From contig OZ024742.1 of NCBI GenBank assembly GCA_964016885.1, forward strand, positions 174,158,001 through 174,222,000: a DNA stretch of 64,000 nucleotides, written 5' to 3'. The notes beneath the pieces are model-generated. The model saw only the letters and a program-made list of their open reading frames with translations, had not been told where the DNA came from and did no database searches. This stretch comes from Eledone cirrhosa. Lineage: Eukaryota. Of this stretch, positions 24,693 to 37,977 are shown piece after piece (within the stretch, counting starts at the first letter, position 1; each line of letters opens with the position of its first letter). Position numbers and translations under genes: made by a program.

Positions 24693-24954
24693 CTATGCAT
24701 ACAGGTCAGTTGTGAAACCCTCTCATGAGAGCAGATAGACAGCTCAGTTTTCATGTTAAGTGGTATAGTTCACCATTGTAAGATGTAGTTTCTCTTTTAT
24801 ATAAATATTTATATTATCATAGGTTGTATAAATGGGATATTATTGGCAGCAATAGTACTTTTTATAATGACGATGATGATGGTGATGAGTATTATGATAA
24901 AGAATATAGTTTGGATTATCCTGTTTACATACAATAGAAAACAGGTGCAGTTAA

Positions 24955-25345
24955 AATATTATATGGAGGTGGTGGGGTTGGACTGAGGGGATAACTGATG
25001 GCCAGTTGGCATCAATATCTCCCTGTTCCATGGTGGTAATATCCTCAGCTGGCAACATGATGCATTCAGTGACAGACACAGCTTTCATTGCCTGACAACC
25101 TGAAGATTGCAAACTTTGAACATTTCTCATTGACCATGTGGTGGTGGAGACTTTTGACATCCTTGCTCCTTAAACCACCTCCTTACTCATTGATATCAGG
25201 ATACAGTTGGCCACCCACATGAGTGAGGACCATTAGTTAGAATGGCTATTTCAACACATCTCCCTCACCATCCTATAGCATAACTCATTCTCCATTCTGT
25301 TCACTGGGAAAATGGAGCAGCATGTGCCAGGAATTCTGCACTCAA
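24955..25345 (+). mobile_element. CRE-like non-LTR retrotransposon 3' fragment (restriction-like endonuclease), old
   Basis: Broken translation EVVGLD.G..W..GI...G..LSW....DTA...VVETF..LAP...LEWLFQHISLTIL*HNSFSIL resembles the RLE C-terminus EP.GL...DGKRPDG...WD.T..DT.A...ET.G...WLFQR.S.AI.RGN..SIL. Confidence 0.6.
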
Positions 25346-25899
25346 CCACACATGTTTGAGTTTTATTTCTCGTATTTTCATTGTATTTTATCTTTTATAT
25401 AGAAAAAAGAATGGCGACAAGGAAGGACGTTTGACCACGTTTTCCCAAACAAAATATAATATTATAACCAAAAAACTGCCCTTTTAACACATGTCCGATG
25501 GATTACAATATTCATTGTTACAAATACTTTGACTGTTCCCTAACTATTAGTACCAGCGTCAACATAAAATTACTTTAACGAAGTATATTTGATTTTCGCC
25601 AACAACCAAATGTAGACATGAACAATGGGAGAAAAAAATCACTACATCCTCTAGGGATCACAGTAACTACTTTACAAAATCTATAAACAACAATATACAC
25701 ACAGATTTATATATAGATACATACCACACACGCATATACACACAAGTGAAAAGAAACCATACTATTTCATATGAGACACTATACCGGCCAATCTTACGTA
25801 CATTTGTAAAACCATTCTGAACATTGACTTCGTTTCTAACGCACATACACCTTTTAAATATATATATATAATTATATATTCGTGTGCAGATCTTTTGCA

Positions 25900-28800
25900 T
25901 ACACACACACAATACATAGGAAAACAGAAACACAAATACAAAAACAAAACATAAACAAACATTTTATTTATCTCGTTAACAAATGTGCTAAACTTACGCA
26001 GCGTATTTATTTGTTTACATTTACATTTTGTTCTACTGTACGGATGGACAGGCAGGACAAAATAGCTATTGTGACATCCATGGATGAAGTGTGTAATAAA
26101 GTCGATGGGTCGAATGTGACAAATGTCTTGTTTCTGTTTGCCTTCAATATACCACAAACGTTCGAAAGATCCTAGGTCAGAAAAAGAGACACCATACTTC
26201 TATGATGGATGGGCTCTGGGAAATGGTCCAGCTACCAAATTGGTCTCAACAGTGCCTGGCTTGTGTGTCTGCCTCTACCATTGCTGTTGAACAACAACAA
26301 CAACAACAACCGACGATCGTGTCTTCCTCTACCATTGTTCCTGAACAACAGCAAAAACCATCGACCGTAGCTTCTGCTACTACCCCCGTTAAAGGACTTC
26401 ATCAACAACAGCAACCCTTGTCTTCCTCCCCCGTTACTTTTCAACAACAACAACCGACGACTGTGTCTTCCCCTGCCATGACTGTTGAAGAAGAAGAATA
26501 ACAACAACAAAATTCAACCGTCAATACGGAGCTTGCGGAAATACGGCAAATGATTTCCGCTTCAAGCCAAGAAATAGCAGGAATCAAATCAAGCATTCAT
26601 GTAGAACCTCACAATGAGGGATCTTACCGGAGTGCCTTGTTAAAAAATCTCTGCGTACCTCTTGCCGAACCTACACGCATTGAGAATGCCACTGAATCTG
26701 TAAACCACGAAGTGATTGCCATTGGTGTACCAGAAGACATAGTTGATCTTCAGACATTTGCTGCCAGTTCCTCCAAAGACTTGGGCTGTGCTCCCCAAAG
26801 GGTGCTCATGCCTGGGTTTCGGACCTGGTCGGCCAAGGTTCTTTTTCGAACCTAACTGAGGCACGTTCATATCTTTTGGTCTCTGATAAAGCTAGGCATG
26901 AAAGTCGGATCGGCTTCCGAACATGTCCTGGTCTTCCACCTGATGTCCGCCCAAAGCTATGTGCTGCAGCTTCCTTAAACCGCAACTCGACAGAACATGA
27001 AAGCTTCAGTCTACGTGATGATGGGCCGATATGGAAGTTTATTAAGGCTGGTGAAACATGGAAAAGAGATACCAGCTGGTCTGAAAAAACTGTACCCACA
27101 ACAACTGGCAATAAAAAAACTGAAAAAACTCTGGGAAACTAAATCAGAACAACCTATCATTCCCTGCACGTAATCATAGACTGGAATCAAAATACAAATT
27201 GTTGTCCTTGAATGCACGTAGTCTATGCAATACGATCCATCTTTTTGACTCCTACGTCAAAAGTATAGACCCTGACTTCATTAAAATCACAGAAACATGG
27301 GCACATTCCTTACTCTGTGATGGGGGTTTTCAGCATAACTGGCTACAACTTGTTTCATAAAGACCGCATTAATCGTGGTGGTGGTGGTGGTGTAATGGTC
27401 TACGTTCGGTCAAATTTTTCAGCAATTCCTTGTGTTGATTTGAACCAATCGCAGCAAGAAGTATTCTTCTGCGATATACGTATAACCATGTCAACACTGC
27501 TACTTGGAGTCGTTTACAGTCCCCCAAATTACAGGACACTCAACTTTGTGATATCCACAGAGCTGCTGCCAAGAAAACAGCCACTTATGTTTTTTATTTA
27601 AGGGGACTTCAATCACCCTGAGATTGACTGGGAATCTTTCGTTGGCCGCAAAGTGCAAATGATTTCCTTGAGCTAATGCGGGACTCGAACTGATCCCAAG
27701 TAGTCACCTTCCCAACAAGAGGTGACAACACTTTGGATCTACTCTTCACCACTACTCCTGAAACGGTTATTAGTGTTACTACTGAGGAACCTTTAGGTGG
27801 CTCTGATCATGCTATGATCATTGCCAAACTATTTCTCACGGGTAGTAACAAAAACCACAACCATCTCCAAACTGCTCACTTTGACTGGAATAAAGCAGAC
27901 TGGAACTGTTACTGCACCGAGCTCCAACGTCCAAACTGGCTTGAATTTTACGTCTCTGGAGATGTCATCACTGTACTCCAAAACATTCTGAACTCAATAT
28001 GGACAGCATTTGCAGCATCGGTGCCACGTAAGCAGAAAAAAATCCCAAAGGTACAATTTGGGAGACTGCACCAGTCCGTTTTGCCAGAAAAGAACGGCAT
28101 AATGCTGAATGTGAGTACAAACTGCATGCATCAGATATCACTAGGAAAAAGCGAAATAATCCAACCATGCTGCATTACCAAACTGATGGAATCCTGTATC
28201 AGAGAAACAATTTGGAACTTCTGGAACTCTCATAGTCTTATCCGGCCCTCGCAATTTGGATTTATCCCTAACTCCAGCTGCTGTGATCAACTTATCGAGT
28301 TTCTTGAAGACATCACCTGAATTAATGATGGCGGCTCATGAGTGGATGTTGTTTACCTTGACTTTGCTAAAGCTTTCAATTCTGTGCCACACAAAAGACT
28401 TATGGCAAAACTCTCTGAATGGGTGTGAAGGATGATCTTTTTAACTGGTTGAAGTCCTTCATTCTCAGTCAAAGAGAGGTAGTCATGGTTCTAGGACAGC
28501 ATTCCTCACCGTATGAGATGTCAGCAGGTGTACCACAGGGATCTGTTCTTGGCCCCCTTTTGTTTGTGGCATATATTAAGGACATAGATGCCAACTTAAG
28601 TATGTCACAGTCCTGAAAAATGCAGACGATATCAAGCTGTACCTTGAGATAAAAAGGACAGATCCTGAACACTATAGATGTTTCCTGCAATCTGACCTGG
28701 ACATGGATCATGAACTGGCAACGCAAGCTGGCTGTGGACAAGTGTACCACCATGCATTTTGGGAGTAAAAACCCAACGTCCACATACTCCCTCTACAACA

Positions 28801-29579
28801 CTAATATCAAGAATTCTTCTTGTGAACGTGACCAGGGCATTACTGTCAGCAGCGATTTGCGTTAGACGAAGCACATCTCTAAAATTGTCAAGAAGGCCAA
28901 GGTTGTCTTAGCATCACTCAGCAAGACATTTGTCAGCCGCTCTCAAGCTATCTATTTAAAGCTGTATATAGCTATGGTGCGGCCACACTTAGAATTTGCA
29001 TCACCAGTCTGGAACCCATAACTTGATCAGAACATCGACTGCCTGGAAATTGTTCAGAGATGTGCAACCAAACGAATACCCTTCATCAGGCATCTACCAT
29101 ACTCTGAACGCCTTACTTCCATGAGTATGGATACATTGAAGCTCCGACGCCTGGCAACTGACTTGGTAAACACCCACAAAATTATTAACCATCTTGCCAG
29201 CAATAACCGCGAGTACCTTTTTGATTTCCATGTGTCTAACACACGTGGGCATGCCAACAGGTCAGAAAACAGCACAGCTCCCACGACTTTCGGAAACATT
29301 TTTTAACGCTCAGAGTTGCTGAAGCATGGAACAAACTCCCTGCACCAGTTGTTAGCTGTCGAGACACTGCATCCTTTAAAACCTCCATGCTTCCTGAGAT
29401 TCGCCACACTACACCTAATATTCCTCCCTCCATACACACATGTATATCATGACTCATACACTATTCACTTCCTTGACATGTGTATATTATTCTATGTACT
29501 ATACATGCACATTTGATGAGTTGTAGTAAACCTGAGCACTGTACACAATAATTTCATTATTATTATTATTATTATTATT
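25900..29579 (+). mobile_element. CR1-group LINE, near full length, decayed, with a deletion between EN and RT
   Basis: Q-rich ORF1 remnant (26200-27140). APE motifs ITETW, GYNLFHKDR..GGGGVMVYV, GVVYSPP, GDFNHP, PTRGDNTLDLLFT and GGSDH. RT motifs SQFGF, VVYLDFAKAFNSVPH, GVPQGSVLGPLLF and ADD. CR1 C-terminus MVRPHLEFASPVWNP..LEIVQRCATK..YSERL..TRGH. (ATT)n tail. The 5' boundary is approximate. Confidence 0.9.
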
Positions 29580-30128
29580 TTTTGAGTCTCAGTCATTGAT
29601 GTTATTTAACTGGAAAGTTTGTTGAAATGAATATCAAGCCGCAACCTGCAGCCTCAGATATTCAGTATGTGTCGGAGGGTTCTTGCTGTTCCCAGCAAGC
29701 ATGCCTTTTGAAGTGTTCCAAAAAGCGGGGCTGGACTAATCTTCTTTAACCATCCTTGGAAACTCTTTGAGATAGTACCTAGTGCGCCTATGACAATCGA
29801 GACGACCTTGATTTGCGGCAGTCCCAAATCCTTTTTAGCTCCCACTTTAAATCCTGGTATCGGTTAATTTTCTCCCTCTCTTTTTCTTTCTCTCTCGTGT
29901 CAAATGGGCAGGCCACATCTACAATCAGGCACAATCTATTTTCCTTGTCCAAAACCAGCAGGTCAAGCCTATTGTATTCTTGCCCGTCTGTATCCTAAAA
30001 TCCCATAGCACCTTCACCTGATCGTTGTCTATCACCGACTCTGGCTTATGCTCATACCACATCTCGTAATGTGGTAAATTGTATACTTTGCATAGATGCT
30101 AGTGGATCACCCTGCCTATCACATCATA
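29580..30128 (-). mobile_element. R4/Dong-type RLE non-LTR retrotransposon, 5'-truncated copy
   Basis: IVIGALGTISK..LQKACLLGTARTLR; 3' UTR matches 30152-30225; (TTA)n on both sides. Confidence 0.88.
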
Positions 30129-30151
30129 TTATTATTATTATTATTATTATT

Positions 30152-32517
30152 CCTTGAATCTCAGTCATTGATGTTGGTTAACTGGAAAGTCCGTTGAAAT
30201 GAATATCAAGCCACTACCTGCAGCCTCAGATATTCAGGACGTATCGGAGGGTTCTTGCTGTTCCAAGCAAGCATGCCTTTTGAAACGTTCCAAAAAGCGT
30301 GAAGGGGCCGATTTTCTTTAACCATCCATGGAAACTTTTGGAGATAGTCCCCAGTGCGCCTATGACAATCGGGATCACTTTGACTTCATGGCAGTTCCAA
30401 ATCCTTTTTACCTCCCACTTTAAGTCCTGGTATCGGTTAATTTTCTCCCTCTCCTTCTCTTGCACTCTCATGTCGAATGGGCAGGCCACATCCACAATCA
30501 GACACGATCTTTTTTCTTTGTCCACAACCACCAGGTCAGGTCTATTGTGTTCCAGTTTCTTGTCCGTCTGTATCCTAAAATCCCACAGCACCTTCACCTG
30601 ATCGTTCTCCATCACCGACTCTGGCTTATGCTCATACCATTTCTCAGAATGTGGTAAATTGTTTACTTTGCACAGGTACCAGTGGATCACCCTGCCCATC
30701 ATATCATGTCTCCAGCCCTTATAATGAGTCTGGGCTAGGTGTTTACACTCGGATACAATGTGAGCCACAGTCTCCTCTCTCTCTCCACAGATCCTGCACA
30801 GTGGGCTAGCCTCCTCCTTGTAAATATGGTGTTTCAACCACTTCGTTTTGAGGGCCTGCTCCTGCGCAGCCATTAACATTCCTTCTGTAGCCTTTTTGAG
30901 TCTCCTCTTCTCAACCAGTTCCATGTCTGTGGATCTCTAAATTCAGTTTTCTCAAAGAAAGTACTATGAAGGGATTTTCCCTGGAGGCTGCTCTTTCTCC
31001 TTGATGTTATTTCCTCCTTGGACATCCCCTGGCCTATTGTCCCCTCCTTCAGTACAGTTCTGAGCATTGGCTCCTTACTATCAGTCACGTATTTGTATAG
31101 GTTGTTTTTCTCCATCTGAACACAGTCCTCTATGCTGATGAGACCTCTTCCACCCTCAGATCTCCTTAGGTAGAGTCTATCGACATCACTCCTCTTGTGG
31201 AACATGTTGTAGATAGTCAATAGCTTCCTAGTCTCCCTATCCATTTCTTTTTGTTCAGCAACATTCCATCTCAGAATTACCGCACTGTACCTAATAATGG
31301 TCACAGCTCGGGAATTTACTGCGCTTATGGCATTTCTGCTGTTCAGATGTGACTTCAATACGCTCCTTACTCTCCGAATGTATTCAGTTCTTAACAATTC
31401 CTTTATTTTTTTGTTCTTTATGCCATCAGCCTCCAGAACGCCCAAATACTTGTATCCTTCCTCAGAGTCAATTTCCTTTATCATCTCACCTGTTGGTATC
31501 TAGATTCCGTTACTTCTGCTCAACCTACCCCTCCTCATCACAATGACTCCACACTTACTAATACCAAACTGCATACATATATCACTGCTGAACATACGGA
31601 CAGTGTCAACAAGCACATCCAACTCCTTCTCACTCTTCCCGAAGAGCTTAAGATCGTCCATGAAGAGGAGGTGATTGATGGTAAGCTCTCCCTTTTCCAA
31701 CTTGTATCCTGCTCTCACTTTTCGCAGCATAATGGGCAAGGGCATCAGGGCAAGGACAAACAACAGAGGGGACAGGCTATCTCCCTGGAAGATACCTCTC
31801 TTGATCTTCACGCTTCCCAAGGATTCTCCAGTTGATGTCAACTCTGTCTCCCAGGACCCCATACTCCTGCCCAGCAACTGTCTGATGTTATCTGTCACCT
31901 TGAAGATCTCCAGGCTTTTGGTGATCCAAGAATGAGGCACCATGTCAAATGCCTTTCTGTAGTCTATCCATCCCATGGCAAGATCAGTGTGTCTCCTCCT
32001 GCAATTCCCCATTACCATCTTATCAATAAGTAACTGGTCCTTTGTACCACGTGACTTCTTTCGGCATCCTTTCTGTTCGTCCGGTAACAAGTTGTTTGTG
32101 TGGAGGTGATGGTAGATTTCCTCAGACACAATGCTCGTCAACAGTTTCCACATTACGGACAGACATGTGATAGGTCTATAGTTGGTAACATCATTACCCT
32201 TGATTCGGTCTTTCATTATCAGAACTGTGGTACCTTTTGTCAACCACTCTGGCACCTCACCCGACACCAAGCAGTCATTGAACATGGCTGTCAGTTTCGG
32301 GTGGAGGGATGTTAAATTTTTAATCTAATACCCCTGCACACCATCTGGGCCTGGTGATTTCCAGTTGGTTAGTTTTTGGCCTGCCCCTTAAGAATTTCAA
32401 CTGTGATACTCAAATCAGTTTGTTGGTGTGCCTGCTCACCGATCTCCCTCTGTACTGTCTCAATCCACCCTGCCTGGTCATTATGTCTAACATCCTGCTC
32501 CCATATTCCTCTCCAGA
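30152..32517 (-). mobile_element. R4/Dong-type RLE non-LTR retrotransposon (RT, CCHC finger, RLE), 5'-truncated
   Basis: WKSPGPDG, NYRPITCL, WIDYRKAFDMVPH, RGIFQGDSLSPLLF, HLLFMDDLKL, YKYLG, GGRGL, CRICGEREETVAHIVSEC and RPDLVVVDK..IVDVACP. In-frame stop at 31500 and frameshift near 30920; flanked by (TTA)n. Confidence 0.93.
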
Positions 32518-32518
32518 A

Positions 32519-32587
<69 letters not shown>

Positions 32588-32747
32588 GCTTATAATTTAA
32601 CCCTCACACTGTTTGCTAAATTAGTGAACAATTCTAACTATTATCTTTATATATGTACGAGCGAGACACGGTCTTCCAACCAATCCCTAATCAAATGGAT
32701 CAGATGGACGTTAAACGATGATTATGATATATATATATATATGAAAA

Positions 32748-32950
32748 GACTCAGGATCCATACAGCTGAGCTCCGGCCGTTTCAACATCTAGATCCGAAC
32801 TACTAGTTCGGATCAAGCTGTCGAAACGGCTGGAGCTCAGCCATTGGGGTCCTGACTCTTTTCCTATTACCCACTGTACTACTCTAAGTATTGAGTTCAC
32901 TGGTGCATTATGGTCCACCTGGTATCTTACCACACCCTCCTTGTTTTATG
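32748..32950 (+). repeat. (TA)n-flanked ~110-bp hairpin plus ~90-bp tail
   Basis: GCTGAGCTCCGGCCGTTTCAACA..GATCCGAACTA-C-TAGTTCGGATC..TGTCGAAACGGCTGGAGCTCAGC; tail shares TATGGTCCACCTGGT..CTTACCACA with 60666-60691. Confidence 0.85.
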
Positions 32951-32956
32951 TATATA

Positions 32957-33100
32957 CTAGCAGAATGGCCCGGCGTTGCTCGGTATTTGCTCTAAGGTTC
33001 TTATATATTTGATATATAATTATCCATATCGAACCTCGTGAAATAAATACGTTTGATTATATTTTGTTGTTCTATATGCAAAAATATATGTACAGTACAC

Positions 33101-33181
<81 letters not shown>

Positions 33182-33606
33182 TAACAGATTAAAGTTTAAG
33201 CAACGATTCGTGGCTTTCACCCTTAACGGGATCTTCTGAAACTAAAAAAATCAATCTGTGAACACAGAAGTAAATATTTCGAAAAACGTTACACACTATA
33301 TATATATACATATATACACACACAGCGTCATAATATCGTAATGCAGACAGCCAGACATACAGACAGATATTATAAGGGCGCAACGTTATATCTATGTATC
33401 TATAAAAAAAGAAATACTAAGAATTATAGAGCGAGATCGCTAAATCGCCCATTGCGGTCACTACGACACTGATAATTTGAAATATATTTTGCTCACAACA
33501 CTCACAGGACCTTAAGTATTACACGTGTAAAGTTTGAAAACAATCGGTTGGGTGGTTCTCGAGTTTTAGGGAGTCAGACAGAGATTCTCTGTTTTAGATA
33601 TATAGA
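32957..33606 (-). mobile_element. Non-autonomous Helitron, complete (650 bp)
   Basis: Minus strand A|TCTATATATCTAAAA...CCGAGCAACGCCGG(GCC)ATTCTGCTAG|T: canonical TC and CTAG ends, subterminal hairpin, AT target, no TSD. Confidence 0.85.
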
Positions 33607-33935
33607 TATGTGTGTGTGTGTATGTGTGTGTGTGTGCAAAATGTAAACAGAAACAAACTCAATAGATGAGCAATTTAAATGGATGTAAGTATCTTTTGAT
33701 TATACACACACACACACACATGCACACATGTCTATATATATATACAGACACACACACACACAGCATATATATATGTAGGTATGTATATTCCCTCTGATAG
33801 TTTGTATAAATATTGTACATAGATCTATAGAATATGCATACCAACTCTAACACATATATATCCTAGAAACGATCGTAAAATGATGATTTTTTTTAATATA
33901 AGGAACCGTTTCTTCGTTTATTCATTATTTTATTA

Positions 33936-34026
<91 letters not shown>

Positions 34027-34246
34027 CATGCGTGTATATGTGCATGTGTATGTGTGTGTGTGTGTAATCAAAAGATACTTACATCCAATCAAATCAAGTG
34101 GCTTCCTGTTGTTTTCCCATAACAGATTATTGATTATAATTCTACATCTTTTAATGTTGCCTATTTTGCTATATAAGCTTTTAGTTCCCCATCTACTCAT
34201 ACATATCTGTCAATGTCTGTAGCAGTGTTTGTTTGATATATATATT

Positions 34247-34279
<33 letters not shown>

Positions 34280-34551
34280 ATGTTTAGTCTTACATATATG
34301 GGCATTTGTGCACGTATATGGTTGATGATGTGTTGATTATGATGGCCAACTTTAATTTAAATCAAAATATAATATTGTCAAGATATAATTTTAAAAAAAA
34401 CCCAAAACAATCACAAAATAATATTAAAGTTTCTTTCAAAAAGTCATTTTAGTTATTTATCAGCATCTGATTCTTTAAACATGGCATTGAAAACATTCTT
34501 TCACAACCATAAATTGAACACTTTTACTTACAGATTCACTAAATGACACAT

Positions 34552-36432
34552 TTGAAGTCACGTGGTTGATTCTTTTGAATTTGCCACCGACCAAGAAGGC
34601 AGTGATTTTTTCTATGTTTGGAATTTAGTCTCCGCTTGCTCTTTTCCATCCACTGAATTATTTTTGTATAAATTTCATGTGTCCGCGCATCGCCAGGAAT
34701 CTTAGCCGAGAATGACTCCCTGATGAAGAAAGGTTTCTCCATAGTCTCCATTTGAAGACTATGTATATCCCCTTTCAGAAACTAATTAGTTGGAGTGAAA
34801 TTTAAGTAAGTATGTTAATTACTATAATTTTCTTATATTACGACTTTCATATAATTGTTCTGCATCCCTTTGTATTTAACCACAAAGTTACTAAGACAAA
34901 ACCTATATATTTGCTAGCGTAAGTATACATCTGTATAAATATGTTGGTAGATATACTAATTCTTTATAATTATCTCCAAATTATTTTGTTGAGCAAAAAT
35001 TTGCCTAAATTACTTCTATGGTTCATAGTATTAGCCTAGCTACTGTCTTTTTAACACCCCACTCCTCACTGATTAACCTCGAAGTCACGTGATTGATTCT
35101 ATTGAATTTGCCACCGACCAAGAAGGCGGTGATTTTTTCAATGTCTTGGAATTTAGTCCCCCGCTTGCTCTTTTCCATCCACTGAATTATTTTTGTATAA
35201 GTTTCATGTGTCCGCGCATCGCCAGGAATCTTACCTGAGAATGACTCCTTGATGAAGAAAGGTTTCTCCATGATCTCCATTTGAATTCTATGTATATTCC
35301 CTTTCAGAAACTATTTAGTTGGAGTGAAATTTAAGTAAGTAAGTCAATTACTATAATTTTCTTATTTTATGTCTTTCATATAATTTTTCTGCATCCCTTT
35401 GTATTTAACCACAAAGTTACTAAGACAAAACCTATATATTTGCTAGCGTAAGTATACATCTGTATAAATATGTTGGTAGATATACTAATTCTTAATAATT
35501 ATCTCCAAATTATTTTGTTGAGCAAAAATTTGCCTAAATTACTACTATGGTTCATAGTATTAACCTGGCTACTGTCTTTTTACCACCCCACTCCTCACTG
35601 ATTATCTTCGAAGTCACGTGATTGATTCTTTTGAATTTGCCACCGACCAAGAAGGCAGTGATTTTTTTCAATGTCTTGGAATTTAGTCCCCCGCTTGCTC
35701 TTTTCCATCCACTGAATTATTTTTGTATAAGTTTCATGTGTCCGCGCATCGCCAGGAATCTTACCTGAGAATGACTCCTTGGTGAAGAAAGGTTTCTCCA
35801 TGATCTCCATTTGAATTCTATGTATATCCCCTATCAGAAACTATTTAGTTGGAGTGAAATTTAAGTAAGTAAGTTAATTACTATAATTTTCTTATTTTAT
35901 GTCTTTCATATAATTTTTCTGAATCCCTTTGTATTTAACCACAAAGTTACTAAGACAAAACCTATATATTTGCTAGCGTAAGTATACATCTGTATAAATA
36001 TGTTGATAGATATACTAATTCTTAATAATTATCTCCAAATTATTTTGTTGAGCAAAAATTTGCCTAAATTACTACTATGGTTCATAGTATTAACCTGGCT
36101 ACTGTCTTTTTAACACCCCACTCCTCACTGATTAACTTCGAAGTCACGTGATTGATTCTTTTGAATTTGCCACCGACCAAGAAGGCAGTGATTTTTTCAA
36201 TGTCTTGGAATTTAGTCCCCCGCTTGCTCTTTTCCATCCACTGAATTATTTTTGTATAAGTTTTCTCTGTCCGCGCATCGCCAGGAATCATAGCCGAGAA
36301 TGACTCCCTGATGAAGAAAGGATTCTCCATGATCACCATTTGAAGACTATGTATATCCCCTTTCTGAAACTAATTAGTTGGAGTGAAATTTAAGTAAGTA
36401 CATTAATTACTATAATTTTCTTATTTTACGTC

Positions 36433-36437
<5 letters not shown>
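34552..36437. repeat. Tandem array, ~530-bp unit x ~3.6, high identity
   Basis: GAAGTCACGTG recurs at 34554, 35081, 35610 and 36140; each unit gives a near-identical minus-strand ORF (MEKPFFI.ESFS.KIPGDART...). Confidence 0.95.
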
Positions 36438-36491
<54 letters not shown>

Positions 36492-37789
36492 TGTATGTGG
36501 GTGTGTGTGTGTGCATGGGCTAAACAGAAATCAATTCATTCAAACAAAAATACCCTATGGTAATTAAGTCACTACAACACCTTATTCCAATGTTCATTTT
36601 GTATCACATGAGATGATGTTGATATATAATCAATTACAGTACTCCAGCATGGCCTTGGTCCAATGAGTATGAGAGACTGATTTCTAATTCGAAATGTTTA
36701 CATGTTCCGTTTCAACAATATTTCAAGACAAAACTAGATTAAATAACAGAAAATTATGTAAATAAATATATATAAACAAATAAATCTCCAACTTATTTCC
36801 CCAAATCTCAAACAAGCAAAAATAAAAATTATTATTATTATCATTATTATTATCATCATCATCATCATTATCATCATCACTTTTGCATTATTTTTTAAAT
36901 AAAACAAAATATGTGTTGTTAAAAGTTTAAAAGCAAAATTTCCTCTTTGAAGATTTCTTGTTTTTTAACTCTTTGTAGACAGAATTGTAAAGGAAAAAAT
37001 AATGATAAAATTGTGTTTCTTTTATAATTTCAAGGATAGAAGCCATAAGTTTTTATTTTTAAGTATCTTGAGAAGTTTTAAAATTGTATTTAATCCATTG
37101 ACCTAAAGCTTATTTTGCTTCTGTTTGTAGTCTTGAGTTTTGTCTAGATCACAGCTCTTGGTAAATTCCATGGTATTTGAGATTTTGTTTTACTAATTTT
37201 TTCTGATTTTATTTAGCTTAGCTTCAGCTGAAAATGCGATTTAATCTCTTCTATTTTCTTTTCGTACATAGTTCCGATTATGTTTGTTGATATGTTGTAT
37301 GTATCTTGAGTGAAAAATCTCTCAATAATTTTTAAAACAGTAAACAACTTCAGCTGTTTTACTTACTACATGTCATTGTATTGTACATTGTTGATAAATT
37401 ACTAAATATATTTGCAGTCTGCCTGCTTTTTAACCACACAGTGGAAAGAAAATACAACAATATTCTATATTTAAAAATATATTCATGACTACATCAAATA
37501 TTCTCTTTGTCCTTTTACTGGTTTCAGACATTAGGCTGTGGCCATGTTGGGGCCCTACCTTAATATTTAGCACACCAGTTGTTTTTATGAATTGATTCCC
37601 TTGACCCTGCATTACGTATTAAGGGGAGATTACCCTATTGGCGCCTTTGTCACCTAGAGGGTGTTAAACGTTAAGAGATACATTCAATCATATTGACTCT
37701 AGTACTTATTTATTTTCGGGTCTGGTAGTTATTTTATCAATCACATTTTGTAGGAACTTTTTAAAAGTTATTTACTAAACACCAGCTTA

Positions 37790-37977
37790 ATAATTGTTTC
37801 TACTTTTGGCACAAGGCCAGCAATTATCCCAGTGTATTACTGGTACTTTATTTTATCGACCGCGTAAGGATAAAAGGTAAAGTTAACCTCGACGGGATTT
37901 AAATTCAGAATGGCAAGGGCCATAACTCTATGCATCAAAGCATGGCGTCCGAACCTCTACTGATACTGCCAATCCAC
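37790..37977 (-). mobile_element. SINE family A copy
   Basis: Collinear with 14400-14586. Confidence 0.85.
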
